Positions 36,243-45,035 of a stretch of 64,000 bases of DNA are shown here, one piece after another. How positions within the stretch are numbered: the stretch's first letter is position 1; the number at the start of each line of letters is the position of its first letter. The notes beneath the pieces were generated by a model. The model was not told the DNA's origin. It searched no databases and saw only the letters and a program-made list of their open reading frames with translations. The stretch comes from Gammaproteobacteria bacterium (GTDB taxonomy: Bacteria; Pseudomonadota; Gammaproteobacteria; Steroidobacterales; PWYM01), in NCBI GenBank assembly GCA_007127715.1, contig SKYU01000003.1:2507-66506 (forward strand). Direction: 5' to 3'. The translations under genes were made by a program, and so were the position numbers.

Positions 36243-38795
36243 CTAGAAGTTGAATCCCAGTTCCAGGCCGAAGCTCCGCGGCATGCCCCACTGGGTATGG
36301 GTCCACAGGGTCGCCACGGACTGGCTCGCGATCCGGTAGCGCTTGTCGCCAAGGTTCTTGCCGTAGGCCCGCACGAAATAGCGGCCATCGCGATCGTTGT
36401 AGGTCACCGAGGCGTTGAACAACGTCTTGGTATCCAGGAAGGCGTCGAACTCACGCCCGGCCACCGCGATGTAGAACAGGTTGCGATCCTCGTAATACAC
36501 CTCGCCCGAGATATCGATGTAACCACCCGCCAGCTCGATCTCGTAGGTCGCCGAGATCGCGCCGCTCTTCTTCGGCGAGCGCGGCACCGGCAGGCCGCTG
36601 AGGTCCTGCGAAATCGGCAGGATACGGCCACCGGTGAGCGGATCTACCAGCTCTTCCTGCTCGAGGAAGAAATTCTTGTAGCTGGCATCCAGCCAGGCGG
36701 CCTGAGCGCGCACCCGGAAATTGTCGGTCAACAGTGCCTGGAACTCGAGCTCCACACCCTTGGCCTCGACCTTGGCGGCGTTGTAGAACACGGTCTCCTG
36801 GAACTCCACGCCACCACGCTCGGTGATCACGTTGGCTGCACGCTGGGCGTCGGAGTAGCGCACAAGAAAGGCCGTCGGGTTGAAGCGCAGGCGGCCGTCG
36901 GCCGTCTCGAACTTCAGGCCGAGTTCGTAGTTGGTGGCGAACTCGGGATCCACAGGCCTGGTCAGGGCGGGCACCAGCAGGCCACTGGTGCCGGTCTGGT
37001 CGTTGTAGCCGCCGGCCTTGTAACCACGGGACACGGTCAGGTAGGACAGCAGGTCGTCGGTGATTCGATAGGCACCGGTCACTCGCCAGCTCGGCTCATT
37101 CCAGGCCTGCCGGAGGTTCTCGAAGCCGGGCGTGGACGAGTCGACGATCGTGCCGCCGGGGAAGCGGATAAAATCGCCCGCATCCAGCGGCTCGTTGAGG
37201 TCGTCTGCAGTCAGGCCGGGGTTATTGGGATCGAGTTCCGAGAACGGCACCTGTGTGCGCCCAGCCCAGCTACGCTTGTCACGGGTGTAGCGGAAACCGG
37301 CACCCAGCGTGAATCGGTCGTTGAACTCGTAGGTCACATCGGCGTAGCCGGCCAGCGAATCGGAATCCTGCCGGTTGCACAGCACCGAAGGCGTGTTGTT
37401 GTTGAAGGTCGCCGGCAGACCGAGTGCGGCAAAATCAAGCGCCAGGTCGATGAACCCCAGCACCTGCACCACACAGAACGCAGCGTCGTTCTCCTGGTAG
37501 AACCCGCCGACCACGAAGTTCAACGGACCGGAGAGATCGGAGGCGATACGCGCCTCGAACTGGGTGGTCTGGCGGGTGGTGCTGCGGTTGGCGTCGAACA
37601 GCGAGAGCACCTCTCCCGTGACCGTGTTGACCGGCGCGGCACCCGTGTAGGTATTGGGCAGGATCTCGTCCTGGTCGCGACGCCCCGCTGACGCAATCAG
37701 GGTGTAGTCGGGGCTGAAGGCCCAGTCGAAGTTCAGGTAGAAGCCATCGACATCGATCCGCTGCCCACGACCCATGCCCAGCAGGGCATCATTGCGCTGG
37801 GTGGAGCCCATGTTCTTGACCGGGTCCCCATCCGGACGGGTGAAGCCCAGCACGTTCCAGAGGTAGGGCCCGTCTGGCGGAGTGTCGTTGAACGCAGGCA
37901 CGGCGTCGGAGCGGTCGCGCAGGATCTCGTACTGCAGCAGCAGGGTCATGTCCTCGTTGATGTCCCACTGAGCCTTGACGCGCCCGTTGAACACATCCTC
38001 ACCGCCGCTGCGCTCGCCACTACCGCGCCCGGACTCTCCGGTGAACCCTTCGATCACGAAAGGCTCGAAGGAGCCGTCGAACAGCCCCAGCGTGTTGATC
38101 GGTCCGTAGGGCGCACCCAGCCGGTAATAACCATCGGACTTCACGTAGCCGCCGACGAAACGCAGGGCGAACACATCCTCGACAATCGGAACATCCAACG
38201 CCCCCATGACGCGACGCTCATTGAAGCTGCCGTAGGCCACGCGGCCCTGGCCGCCGAGCTCGCTCATGTTCGGGCGCTTGCTGCGGATGTTGACCGCGCC
38301 GCCGGTGGTGTTCTTGCCGAACAGCGTCCCCTGCGGGCCACGCAGGAACTCGATGCTCTCGATGTCGAAGGTGTCGAGCAGCTGGGTCTGCACGCTGGGG
38401 ATGACGAAATCATCGATCTGGACGCTCACCGGCGCGTCCTGGTAGACGATGATGTCGGTCAGGCCGACGCCGCGCATCGCGAAGGAGGCGGCGTTGAAGG
38501 CGGTGATGCGCGCGGCGGAGAACCCGGGGACTGCGGCGGCCAGCCCGGAGATGTCACGGGCCACCATGCGGTCGATGTCGTCGGGGCTGAACGCCGAGAC
38601 GGAGACAGGCGTATCCTGGAGTGCCGTCTCGACGCGCCGGGTGGCCGTCACCATGATCTCGTCCAGCGCGCGTGCGCGCTCGCCCTCGGGCTGCTGCGCC
38701 AGGGCGGCGGTGACGCTGGCGGCGAGCAGCGCGGTCCCGGTCAGTGAAACCACAGCCGCACGACGCGACCGGCCGACAATGGCAGATGCTTGCAT
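36243..38795 (-). CDS. TonB-dependent receptor
   Basis: Signal peptide, TonB-box-like DEIMVTATRR, plug (IEFLRGPQGTLFGKNTTGGAVNI), 850 aa barrel, and terminal ...LELGFNF. Confidence 0.93.
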   Translation of the reverse strand: MQASAIVGRSRRAAVVSLTGTALLAASVTAALAQQPEGERARALDEIMVTATRRVETALQDTPVSVSAFSPDDIDRMVARDISGLAAAVPGFSAARITAFNAASFAMRGVGLTDIIVYQDAPVSVQIDDFVIPSVQTQLLDTFDIESIEFLRGPQGTLFGKNTTGGAVNIRSKRPNMSELGGQGRVAYGSFNERRVMGALDVPIVEDVFALRFVGGYVKSDGYYRLGAPYGPINTLGLFDGSFEPFVIEGFTGESGRGSGERSGGEDVFNGRVKAQWDINEDMTLLLQYEILRDRSDAVPAFNDTPPDGPYLWNVLGFTRPDGDPVKNMGSTQRNDALLGMGRGQRIDVDGFYLNFDWAFSPDYTLIASAGRRDQDEILPNTYTGAAPVNTVTGEVLSLFDANRSTTRQTTQFEARIASDLSGPLNFVVGGFYQENDAAFCVVQVLGFIDLALDFAALGLPATFNNNTPSVLCNRQDSDSLAGYADVTYEFNDRFTLGAGFRYTRDKRSWAGRTQVPFSELDPNNPGLTADDLNEPLDAGDFIRFPGGTIVDSSTPGFENLRQAWNEPSWRVTGAYRITDDLLSYLTVSRGYKAGGYNDQTGTSGLLVPALTRPVDPEFATNYELGLKFETADGRLRFNPTAFLVRYSDAQRAANVITERGGVEFQETVFYNAAKVEAKGVELEFQALLTDNFRVRAQAAWLDASYKNFFLEQEELVDPLTGGRILPISQDLSGLPVPRSPKKSGAISATYEIELAGGYIDISGEVYYEDRNLFYIAVAGREFDAFLDTKTLFNASVTYNDRDGRYFVRAYGKNLGDKRYRIASQSVATLWTHTQWGMPRSFGLELGFNF

Positions 38796-38892
38796 GACTT
38801 CTCCCCCAGTTGGACGGACACCACAGCATCCGCTCGTCTGCTGACGGGCGGATGCCGCGACAGAGACGCCATTACAGCGGCCTGTTCAAAAA

Positions 38893-38911
38893 AAAGCAAG
38901 CACGACTGTTT
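38893..38911 (-). promoter_or_regulatory. Operator site S4 (minus strand AAACAGTCGTGCTTGCTTT) upstream of the TonB-dependent receptor
   Basis: Lies in the divergent intergenic region. After 16 nt on the minus strand comes the -10-like TGTAAT (38876..38871). Confidence 0.6.
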
Positions 38912-39019
38912 GTGGTATTCGCGACACATGAACCGAAGAAAGATCAGAAGCTTACAGAGGCTGCGTCGGTCGCCGTCGACAAGCCGACAGGGGGACATGC
39001 CCATACTGCACTGCAAAAT

Positions 39020-39037
39020 AAACAGTCACGCTTGTTT
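39020..39037 (+). promoter_or_regulatory. Operator site S3 (AAACAGTCACGCTTGTTT) upstream of the second Rieske oxygenase
   Basis: Lies in the divergent intergenic region. After 16 nt comes the -10-like TATCCT (39054..39059). The flanks are homologous to site S2. Confidence 0.65.
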
Positions 39038-39131
39038 TTTGCCGCGCCCGCCCTATCCTTGACGCTGTTACCCTAAGCGGCAAACGGGTGTTTCGCCCGC
39101 GCCGAGTCACCGTCACAGGAGCAGAGCCCTC

Positions 39132-40493
39132 ATGGCCTACAACTACGAGCATGGCCCCGTCGTGAATCCGAATGCCCCGGAAGACTCGCTCGAGGCCAAG
39201 CGCCCCTACGTCGATAACGGTACCGACGTGGTCTCGCCAGACCGCTATTACAGTCCCGAGTTCATGGCGAAGGAATGGGAGCGCATGTGGCCGCGCGTCT
39301 GGCTGATTGCCGGCCCACGCACCGATCTTCGCGAGCCCGGCGACTACTTCGTGTTCAACGTCGGCCCCGAGTCCTTCGTGATCACGCTGGACGACAACCA
39401 TGTGGTCCGCGCGCACTACAACGTCTGTCCCCACCGCGGAAACCAGCTGGTGCTGAACGAGCGCGGCAGCGTGCCCCGCTTCACCTGCTCGTTCCACTCG
39501 TGGAGCTTCGAACTCGACGGGCAGCTGAACTCGATCACCGATGAGGACAGCTTCCGCCCCGAAGTGCTCTGCCCCCGCCCCCAGCTCTCGAGCGTCCGCT
39601 GCGAGGAGCATGCCGGGCTGATCTGGATCAACATGGATGGCAAGGCGCCGCCGCTGAAGGAGTATATCGGGCTGCCCGAAGGCTACCTGGAGAGCTACCG
39701 GATCGAGGACATGTTCGCGGTTCGCCATGTCTCCAGCGAGTGGGCGGCAAACTGGAAGAACGGCATCGATGCCTTCTACGAGAGCTATCATCTGCACGCC
39801 GTCCACCCGCAGACCTCGACGGTCATGGACGATCTTGGTGTGCAGTACGACCTCTACCCGAACGGTGCCTCACGCATGATCGTACCGATCTGCAAGAAAA
39901 GCCCGCGGGTACCGGACCAGGAGTCGGTCGATGCAGGGCTCGAGTTCATGATCCGTGATGCCGGCGCCGACCCGACGCAGTACGAGGGCTCGGCCATCGG
40001 CGTGCGCGAGTTCATCCAGCGCTCCAAGCGGGTGCGCGCCGAGAAGCTTGGACTGGATTACAGCGAGCTCAGCGACGCCCAGCTGACCGACAGCTGGGCC
40101 ACAGGCATCTTCCCCAACGTGCAGATTGGCCTGCATCCGGAAGGTGCCTTCCTGATGCGCTTCCTGCCGCACGAATCCGACCCCAACCGCTTCTACTACG
40201 ACACCATCACGCTGTTCCGCCCGGCCGACGACCCGAGCTACACCGTACCGGCCTGGATGGGCCTGCCGGAAGGAATGGACACCAGCGGCGAGACCCGCCC
40301 CGACACCGAGCACGTCGGCATCGGCGAGCCCGCGGGGCTTGGGCTGGTCCTCGACCAGGATTCCGAACTGCTGCCTGTGGTGCAGAAGGGCATGCGCTCG
40401 CGGGGCTTCCGCGGTCCGCTGTGGGGTGAACAGGAAGTCCGTATCCGTCACTTCCACAAGGAACTGGACCGCTACATCAACGGCGAGAAATGA
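39132..40493 (+). CDS. Rieske non-heme iron oxygenase, alpha subunit (second, no beta subunit)
   Basis: 453 aa. Rieske motif CPHRGNQLV...CSFHSWSF. Iron ligands in DAFYESYHLHAVH. An AGGAG RBS lies upstream. Confidence 0.9.
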   Translation: MAYNYEHGPVVNPNAPEDSLEAKRPYVDNGTDVVSPDRYYSPEFMAKEWERMWPRVWLIAGPRTDLREPGDYFVFNVGPESFVITLDDNHVVRAHYNVCPHRGNQLVLNERGSVPRFTCSFHSWSFELDGQLNSITDEDSFRPEVLCPRPQLSSVRCEEHAGLIWINMDGKAPPLKEYIGLPEGYLESYRIEDMFAVRHVSSEWAANWKNGIDAFYESYHLHAVHPQTSTVMDDLGVQYDLYPNGASRMIVPICKKSPRVPDQESVDAGLEFMIRDAGADPTQYEGSAIGVREFIQRSKRVRAEKLGLDYSELSDAQLTDSWATGIFPNVQIGLHPEGAFLMRFLPHESDPNRFYYDTITLFRPADDPSYTVPAWMGLPEGMDTSGETRPDTEHVGIGEPAGLGLVLDQDSELLPVVQKGMRSRGFRGPLWGEQEVRIRHFHKELDRYINGEK

Positions 40494-40569
40494 CCTCCCT
40501 GGTGTCGACCTGGAGCTGATCGACCCAGTCGTCGATCGACACGGGCATCCAGGACAGCACCTCCAGAGA

Positions 40570-40603
40570 CCTGGCGGCGAGTGGATCGTCGCCAGGTTTT
40601 TTT
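40570..40603 (+). terminator. Rho-independent terminator
   Basis: CCTGGCGGCGA-GTGGA-TCGTCGCCAGG (one mismatch) followed by TTTTTTT, about 77 nt after the oxygenase stop. Confidence 0.75.
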
Positions 40604-40738
40604 GCCATCGATGGCCGCCTGGGAACGCTCCGGACCACCGGCCAGCGCGGGCCGAGCGCCTGCGCGGCCGCGCCAGGCGCCGACAGGCGATGCCGGCTGC
40701 GGTATCCTTTGCCGCTGGACCAACAGCGGAGGTTGACC

Positions 40739-41332
40739 ATGTCCCGTATCGATGAGACCGCGCTTGACCGGCTGTTCCGAGAGGCCCGGACCCACTTCGC
40801 CTGGCAGCCACGCGAGGTGTCTGATGCCCTGCTGCAGGAATTGTTCGAGCTGGTGCGGATGGGCCCCACCAGCGCGAACTGTTCTCCGCTGCGTATCGAG
40901 TTCATCAAGAGCGAGGCGGCCAAGGCAAGACTCCGGCCCTGTCTTATGGACGGTAATGTCGACAAAACCATGACCGCACCGGTCACGGCGATTCTCGCCT
41001 TCGATACGCTGTTCTACGAGCACATGGACCAGCTCTACCCGCCAGCGCCCGAGGAAGTGAAAGGCTGGTGGCGCGGCGAGGAAAAAAGCGGCAATGAAAC
41101 CGCTTTTCGCAACTCCACATTGCAGGCCGGTTACCTGATCATGGCAGCTCGGGCGCTCGGCCTGGACTGCGGCCCGATGTCCGGTTTCGACAAGGCCGCG
41201 GTCGATCGCGAATTCTTTCCGGACGGTCGTTTTCGCAGCAATTTCCTGTGCAACCTCGGCTACGGAATCACGGAGAAGCTGCACCCGCGGCTGCCGCGCT
41301 TCGACTTCGATCAGGTCTGCAGGGTGCTCTGA
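40739..41332 (+). CDS. Nitroreductase-family protein (RutE / malonic semialdehyde reductase-like)
   Basis: Start at MSRIDETALDRLF with a GGAGG RBS. Contains RTHFAWQPREVSD...MGPTSANCSPLRI...GPMSGFD. Confidence 0.82.
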   Translation: MSRIDETALDRLFREARTHFAWQPREVSDALLQELFELVRMGPTSANCSPLRIEFIKSEAAKARLRPCLMDGNVDKTMTAPVTAILAFDTLFYEHMDQLYPPAPEEVKGWWRGEEKSGNETAFRNSTLQAGYLIMAARALGLDCGPMSGFDKAAVDREFFPDGRFRSNFLCNLGYGITEKLHPRLPRFDFDQVCRVL

Positions 41333-41731
41333 ATGGCCGACAGCCGACAGCGGCGCACCGTGGATGATCGTGAGCGTCTGGAGCAGGCGGTGGAGAAGCT
41401 GCAGATCCGCAGCATCCGTCGCCACATCCTGCTATGCGCCGACCAGACGAAGCCCAAGTGCTGCGACCGCGAGACAAGCATCAGGAGTTGGGACTACCTG
41501 AAGAAACGGCTCATCCAGCTGGGGCTGGTGCGCCAGGGAGGGGTGTTCCGGACCAAGGCGAACTGTCTGCAGGTGTGTCTCGAAGGTCCGATCGCGGTGG
41601 TCTACCCGGACGGCGTCTGGTATCGCAGCTGCACCCCGGAGGTGCTCGAGCGCATCCTCCAGGAACACCTCATCGGTGGCGTGCCAGTCGCGGAATATGT
41701 GATCGCGCGCCAGCCGCTGCCCGGCATGTAA
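41333..41731 (+). CDS. Thioredoxin-like [2Fe-2S] ferredoxin domain protein
   Basis: The ATG abuts the upstream TGA. Cys ligand pattern [14 protein letters not shown]...[12 protein letters not shown]. Confidence 0.65.
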   Translation: MADSRQRRTVDDRERLEQAVEKLQIRSIRRHILLCADQTKPKCCDRETSIRSWDYLKKRLIQLGLVRQGGVFRTKANCLQVCLEGPIAVVYPDGVWYRSCTPEVLERILQEHLIGGVPVAEYVIARQPLPGM

Positions 41732-41794
41732 TCCAACCGGGCTCCCTCGGGCGAACAGGCGCTGTATCCCGCGGTGCAGACCGCGCCCGTGGGG

Positions 41795-42637
41795 TCAACC
41801 TGCCTCGTGCAGACCATAGCGGCCGTCGGCTGCAGCAAAGGCACGGCCATCCTCGACCAGCTTGTCCAGGTGGGCCTGCAGCGAGAGACGCGCCAGTGGG
41901 TGCAGCTGTACCGGGGTGTCCGCATAGACCGTCGCGACCAGCTCATCGGCGTTGGCCGGTTGAGCCGCCGCCAGTGCATCGATCACGCGGGCTTCGCGGC
42001 GCAGGCGGTGGGCTATCACATGATCGACCACCGCCGCAGGCTCCGCCAGGATACCGCCGTGCCCGGGTGCCAGCCGCGAGATCGGCAGTGACTTGAGCCG
42101 TCGCAGCGAGGCGAGATAGGCGTTCATGTTGCCATCGGGTGGCGCGATCACCACGGTTGATCCACCCATCAGGTGATCGCCCGTGAACAGCCAGTTCAAT
42201 GGCTTCAGCAGCCAGCAGACATGATTGGATGCGTGCCCGGGGGTGTGCACGGCCACGAGTTCGCAGTCGTCAAAATCGAAGGCCTCGCCATCGCCTGGCA
42301 CCCGATCCGGGCGAAACGAGCGGTCCTGCGGTCCGGCCTCGGGTGGTGGCAGACCCACCAGTGGCACGCCCAGTGCGGCAGCCAGCGGCGCGGCGCCTGG
42401 CGAGTGATCAGGATGGGTATGGCTGACCGCGATGAATGCGCAGCGCCCTTCGCAAAGCGCTGCGAGGCGCTCGAGATGCGCCGGCTCGGCGGGACCAGGA
42501 TCGAGTACGACACGAGCGGACTCGCCAAGCACGTAGCTGTTCGTGCCCGGGCCGGTCAGCGGTCCGCCATTGGGGGCCACCACGCGCCGCACGCCGGGCG
42601 CCAGCCAGACACTCCGCCCGACGGTGAAGTCATCCAT
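41795..42637 (-). CDS. MBL-fold metallo-hydrolase
   Basis: HxHxDH motif SHTHPDHSPG; later H (HTPGH) and D ligands. Confidence 0.88.
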   Translation of the reverse strand: MDDFTVGRSVWLAPGVRRVVAPNGGPLTGPGTNSYVLGESARVVLDPGPAEPAHLERLAALCEGRCAFIAVSHTHPDHSPGAAPLAAALGVPLVGLPPPEAGPQDRSFRPDRVPGDGEAFDFDDCELVAVHTPGHASNHVCWLLKPLNWLFTGDHLMGGSTVVIAPPDGNMNAYLASLRRLKSLPISRLAPGHGGILAEPAAVVDHVIAHRLRREARVIDALAAAQPANADELVATVYADTPVQLHPLARLSLQAHLDKLVEDGRAFAAADGRYGLHEAG

Positions 42638-43394
42638 CGGGCATCACCGGCAATACCGGAGACACCCCGGCATCCAGCAGGCCTCGGGCGTGCGCCAGCG
42701 CCTCGACCACGTCGCCGGCCACGGCAAACTGGCGCAGCGTATGGCGGGTCGGCGGCGGGAGCAGCAGCGTCTCGTCGGCCAGCGCCGCCCGCGGACTGAG
42801 CCAGCGAGCCTCCAGCGACTCGCGTCCGTCATGGCTGGCCGCCTGTCTGGGCGGCGCGGCGGCGACGAAAAACCGGGTCGCATACCGACGCGGTGCGGCG
42901 ACCGGGGTAATCCAGTAGCTGAAATACGTGAGCTGATCGGCGGCCAGCGTCAGGCCTTCCTCACGGCACAGCTCCGCAAGACTCATGCTGCCTGCCAGCA
43001 ACAGTCTGCGGTAGTCGGCGAACCGCGAGGCCTCCAGTGCACTGCCGGGAGTGAGCAGCCCGCCGAAGCGGTCGCGCGCCAGCAATACACCACTCTCCTC
43101 GAAACATTCCCGGATGGCGGCCGCCCAATAGGCGAGCCCCCCTTTTTCCATGCCCAGGTCACGGCTGGCCTGCGCGTCATCGAGACCGCTGCACAGCTCG
43201 GCCAGCGCCGCATCGGCCGGTTCGAGACAACCGCCTGGAAAGACGAAGGCGTTGCCGAAGTCCTGGGCGGCCGGCCGTCGCAGCATGAGGACCTCGATGC
43301 CATCCAGCCCGCCCCGCAACACGACCAGGGTGGCCGAGGGGCGCGGGGCACGGCCCGAGCCGCCGGACGCGGCGTACTGCGCGACGTTCGACAT
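42630..43394 (-). CDS. NUDIX hydrolase
   Basis: Nudix-box elements FPGGCLEP...AAIRECFEESGVLL. The 3' end overlaps the MBL gene start by 8 nt. Confidence 0.85.
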   Translation of the reverse strand: MSNVAQYAASGGSGRAPRPSATLVVLRGGLDGIEVLMLRRPAAQDFGNAFVFPGGCLEPADAALAELCSGLDDAQASRDLGMEKGGLAYWAAAIRECFEESGVLLARDRFGGLLTPGSALEASRFADYRRLLLAGSMSLAELCREEGLTLAADQLTYFSYWITPVAAPRRYATRFFVAAAPPRQAASHDGRESLEARWLSPRAALADETLLLPPPTRHTLRQFAVAGDVVEALAHARGLLDAGVSPVLPVMPDG

Positions 43395-43559
43395 GACGAA
43401 TAGCCTCTCCCTGGCGCGACTGGTGGACCGACGATGGCGCGCGACCAGTTACAAGTATGCCAAGGATACTCCCGGACGGCGTGGCACCCATGGACGGCAC
43501 GACAACGACGAGATCGACTCACCCGGACATGCCGCCTCCGCGATCGGCTGCACGCCGGC

Positions 43560-45035
43560 TCAGCGCACGAGCCTCAGCCATCCGCGGAGCAGAGCCGCCA
43601 CCCGCGGGGTCAGCCGCTTGCGATTGACCGCATCTCCGAGCCGTTTCAGGTACTCCGCCCGGGTCGGATAGGGCAATACCAGCGATGCGGCGCTGCCAAG
43701 GCCCAACCCGCGACTCATCATCAGCACCAGCGCCGCGATCTGCTCACCGGCGTCGTGGCCGACCAGCGTCGCACCGAGGATCCGGTCACTGCCCTCGGCG
43801 GTCAGCACCTCGACAAAACCTTCGCGTTCGCCCGCCGCGCGGCCGCGATCGAGATCTGCGAAGTCGACCCGGTAGCGATCGAAGGCCACCCCCGCCGCCG
43901 CCAGTTCGGCCTCGCTGCGGCCGACCGAGGCAACCTCCGGTGAGGTGTAGGTGCAGTGCGGAATCACTGCACCATCGACCCGGGCAGTCGGCAGGAACAG
44001 CGCGTTCTGCACCACGACGCGGGCCTGGAGGTCGGCATTGTGAGTGAACTGCAGGGCAGAACAGACATCGCCCACGGCGTAGACCCGGCGGTTGCTGGTA
44101 CGCAGCCGCCGATCCACCTCGATGCGTCCATCCTGCAGCACACGGATCCCGGCCGTCGGAAGATCCAGCGCCTCGATATTCGGCCGGCGGCCAAGGGCGA
44201 CGAGCACTCGGTCGACCGTCACGCCCCCCTCACCAGCCTCGATCCTCCAACCCGCCTCTTCCCGGTGGACTGCATGCACGGCCTGACCGAGGTGCAGACT
44301 CACCCCCTCGCGGGCAAGCGCTTCACCCAGCAGCGCGCCCGCCTCAGCATTCTCCAGCGGCAGCACCTGCGGCGCGCGTTCAAGCAGGTGCACCTCACTG
44401 CCCAAGCGGGCGAAGACCTGGGCCATCTCGCAACCGATCGCGCCCGCGCCCAGGATCGCCAGGCGTTTCGGCTGCTCGCGCAGATCGAACAGCGTCTCGT
44501 TGGTGAGCGGGTCGGCCTCGGCAAGTCCCGGGATGGGCGGTACGGCGGCACGCGCCCCGGTGGCGATCACGAACCGTCGCGCCTCAAGCCGCTGACCGGC
44601 GACCTCCACAGCGGCCGGGCCGACAAAACGCGCCTCACCCAGGTACACATCGACCCCCGCCGCGGTGTAACGCTCGACCGAATCATGCCCTGCAATGCCG
44701 GCACGGACTTCACGCAGCCAGGCGAAGGCGCGGTCGAACGCCATGCCTGGGCGCGCCGTGATCTCCAGCAGAGCCTTGGAGGGTACACAACCCACGTTGA
44801 GGCAGTCCCCGCCCATGGCGTGCCGCTCGATCAGCGCCACTTTCGCGCCAAGACCAGCCGCCGCGATCGCCGTCACCAGGCCGCCCGGCCCAGCCCCGAC
44901 CACCACCAGGTGATAGCGGCCCTCGGGTACCGGATTGGCGTAATCGCGTGGCGCCACCATGGCCCGCCATGCCCGATCATGCGCGGCTCCGGGATAGTCG
45001 CCGGCAGGGGTCGACGTGGGGAGGCCGTTATCCAT
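43560..45035 (-). CDS. Pyridine nucleotide-disulfide oxidoreductase (MerA-like/dihydrolipoamide dehydrogenase family; not a true mercuric reductase)
   Basis: Start at MDNGLPTST (491 aa). FAD motif VVVGAGPGG and redox disulfide GGDCLNVGCVPSK. No NmerA domain and no C-terminal Cys pair. Confidence 0.85.
   Translation of the reverse strand: MDNGLPTSTPAGDYPGAAHDRAWRAMVAPRDYANPVPEGRYHLVVVGAGPGGLVTAIAAAGLGAKVALIERHAMGGDCLNVGCVPSKALLEITARPGMAFDRAFAWLREVRAGIAGHDSVERYTAAGVDVYLGEARFVGPAAVEVAGQRLEARRFVIATGARAAVPPIPGLAEADPLTNETLFDLREQPKRLAILGAGAIGCEMAQVFARLGSEVHLLERAPQVLPLENAEAGALLGEALAREGVSLHLGQAVHAVHREEAGWRIEAGEGGVTVDRVLVALGRRPNIEALDLPTAGIRVLQDGRIEVDRRLRTSNRRVYAVGDVCSALQFTHNADLQARVVVQNALFLPTARVDGAVIPHCTYTSPEVASVGRSEAELAAAGVAFDRYRVDFADLDRGRAAGEREGFVEVLTAEGSDRILGATLVGHDAGEQIAALVLMMSRGLGLGSAASLVLPYPTRAEYLKRLGDAVNRKRLTPRVAALLRGWLRLVR

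Noticed and set aside
36207-37691. 494-aa plus-strand ORF
   Set aside because: It is antisense to the second TonB-dependent receptor.
40472-41425. 317-aa minus-strand ORF
   Set aside because: It is antisense to the nitroreductase gene (which has a GGAGG RBS and family motifs) and crosses a plus-strand rho-independent terminator.
43560-45035. Calling this flavoprotein mercuric reductase (merA)
   Set aside because: It has the CxxxxC redox disulfide of the family. However, it lacks an N-terminal metal-binding domain and the C-terminal Cys pair, and no merR/T/P genes are nearby. I kept it as a generic MerA-like oxidoreductase.
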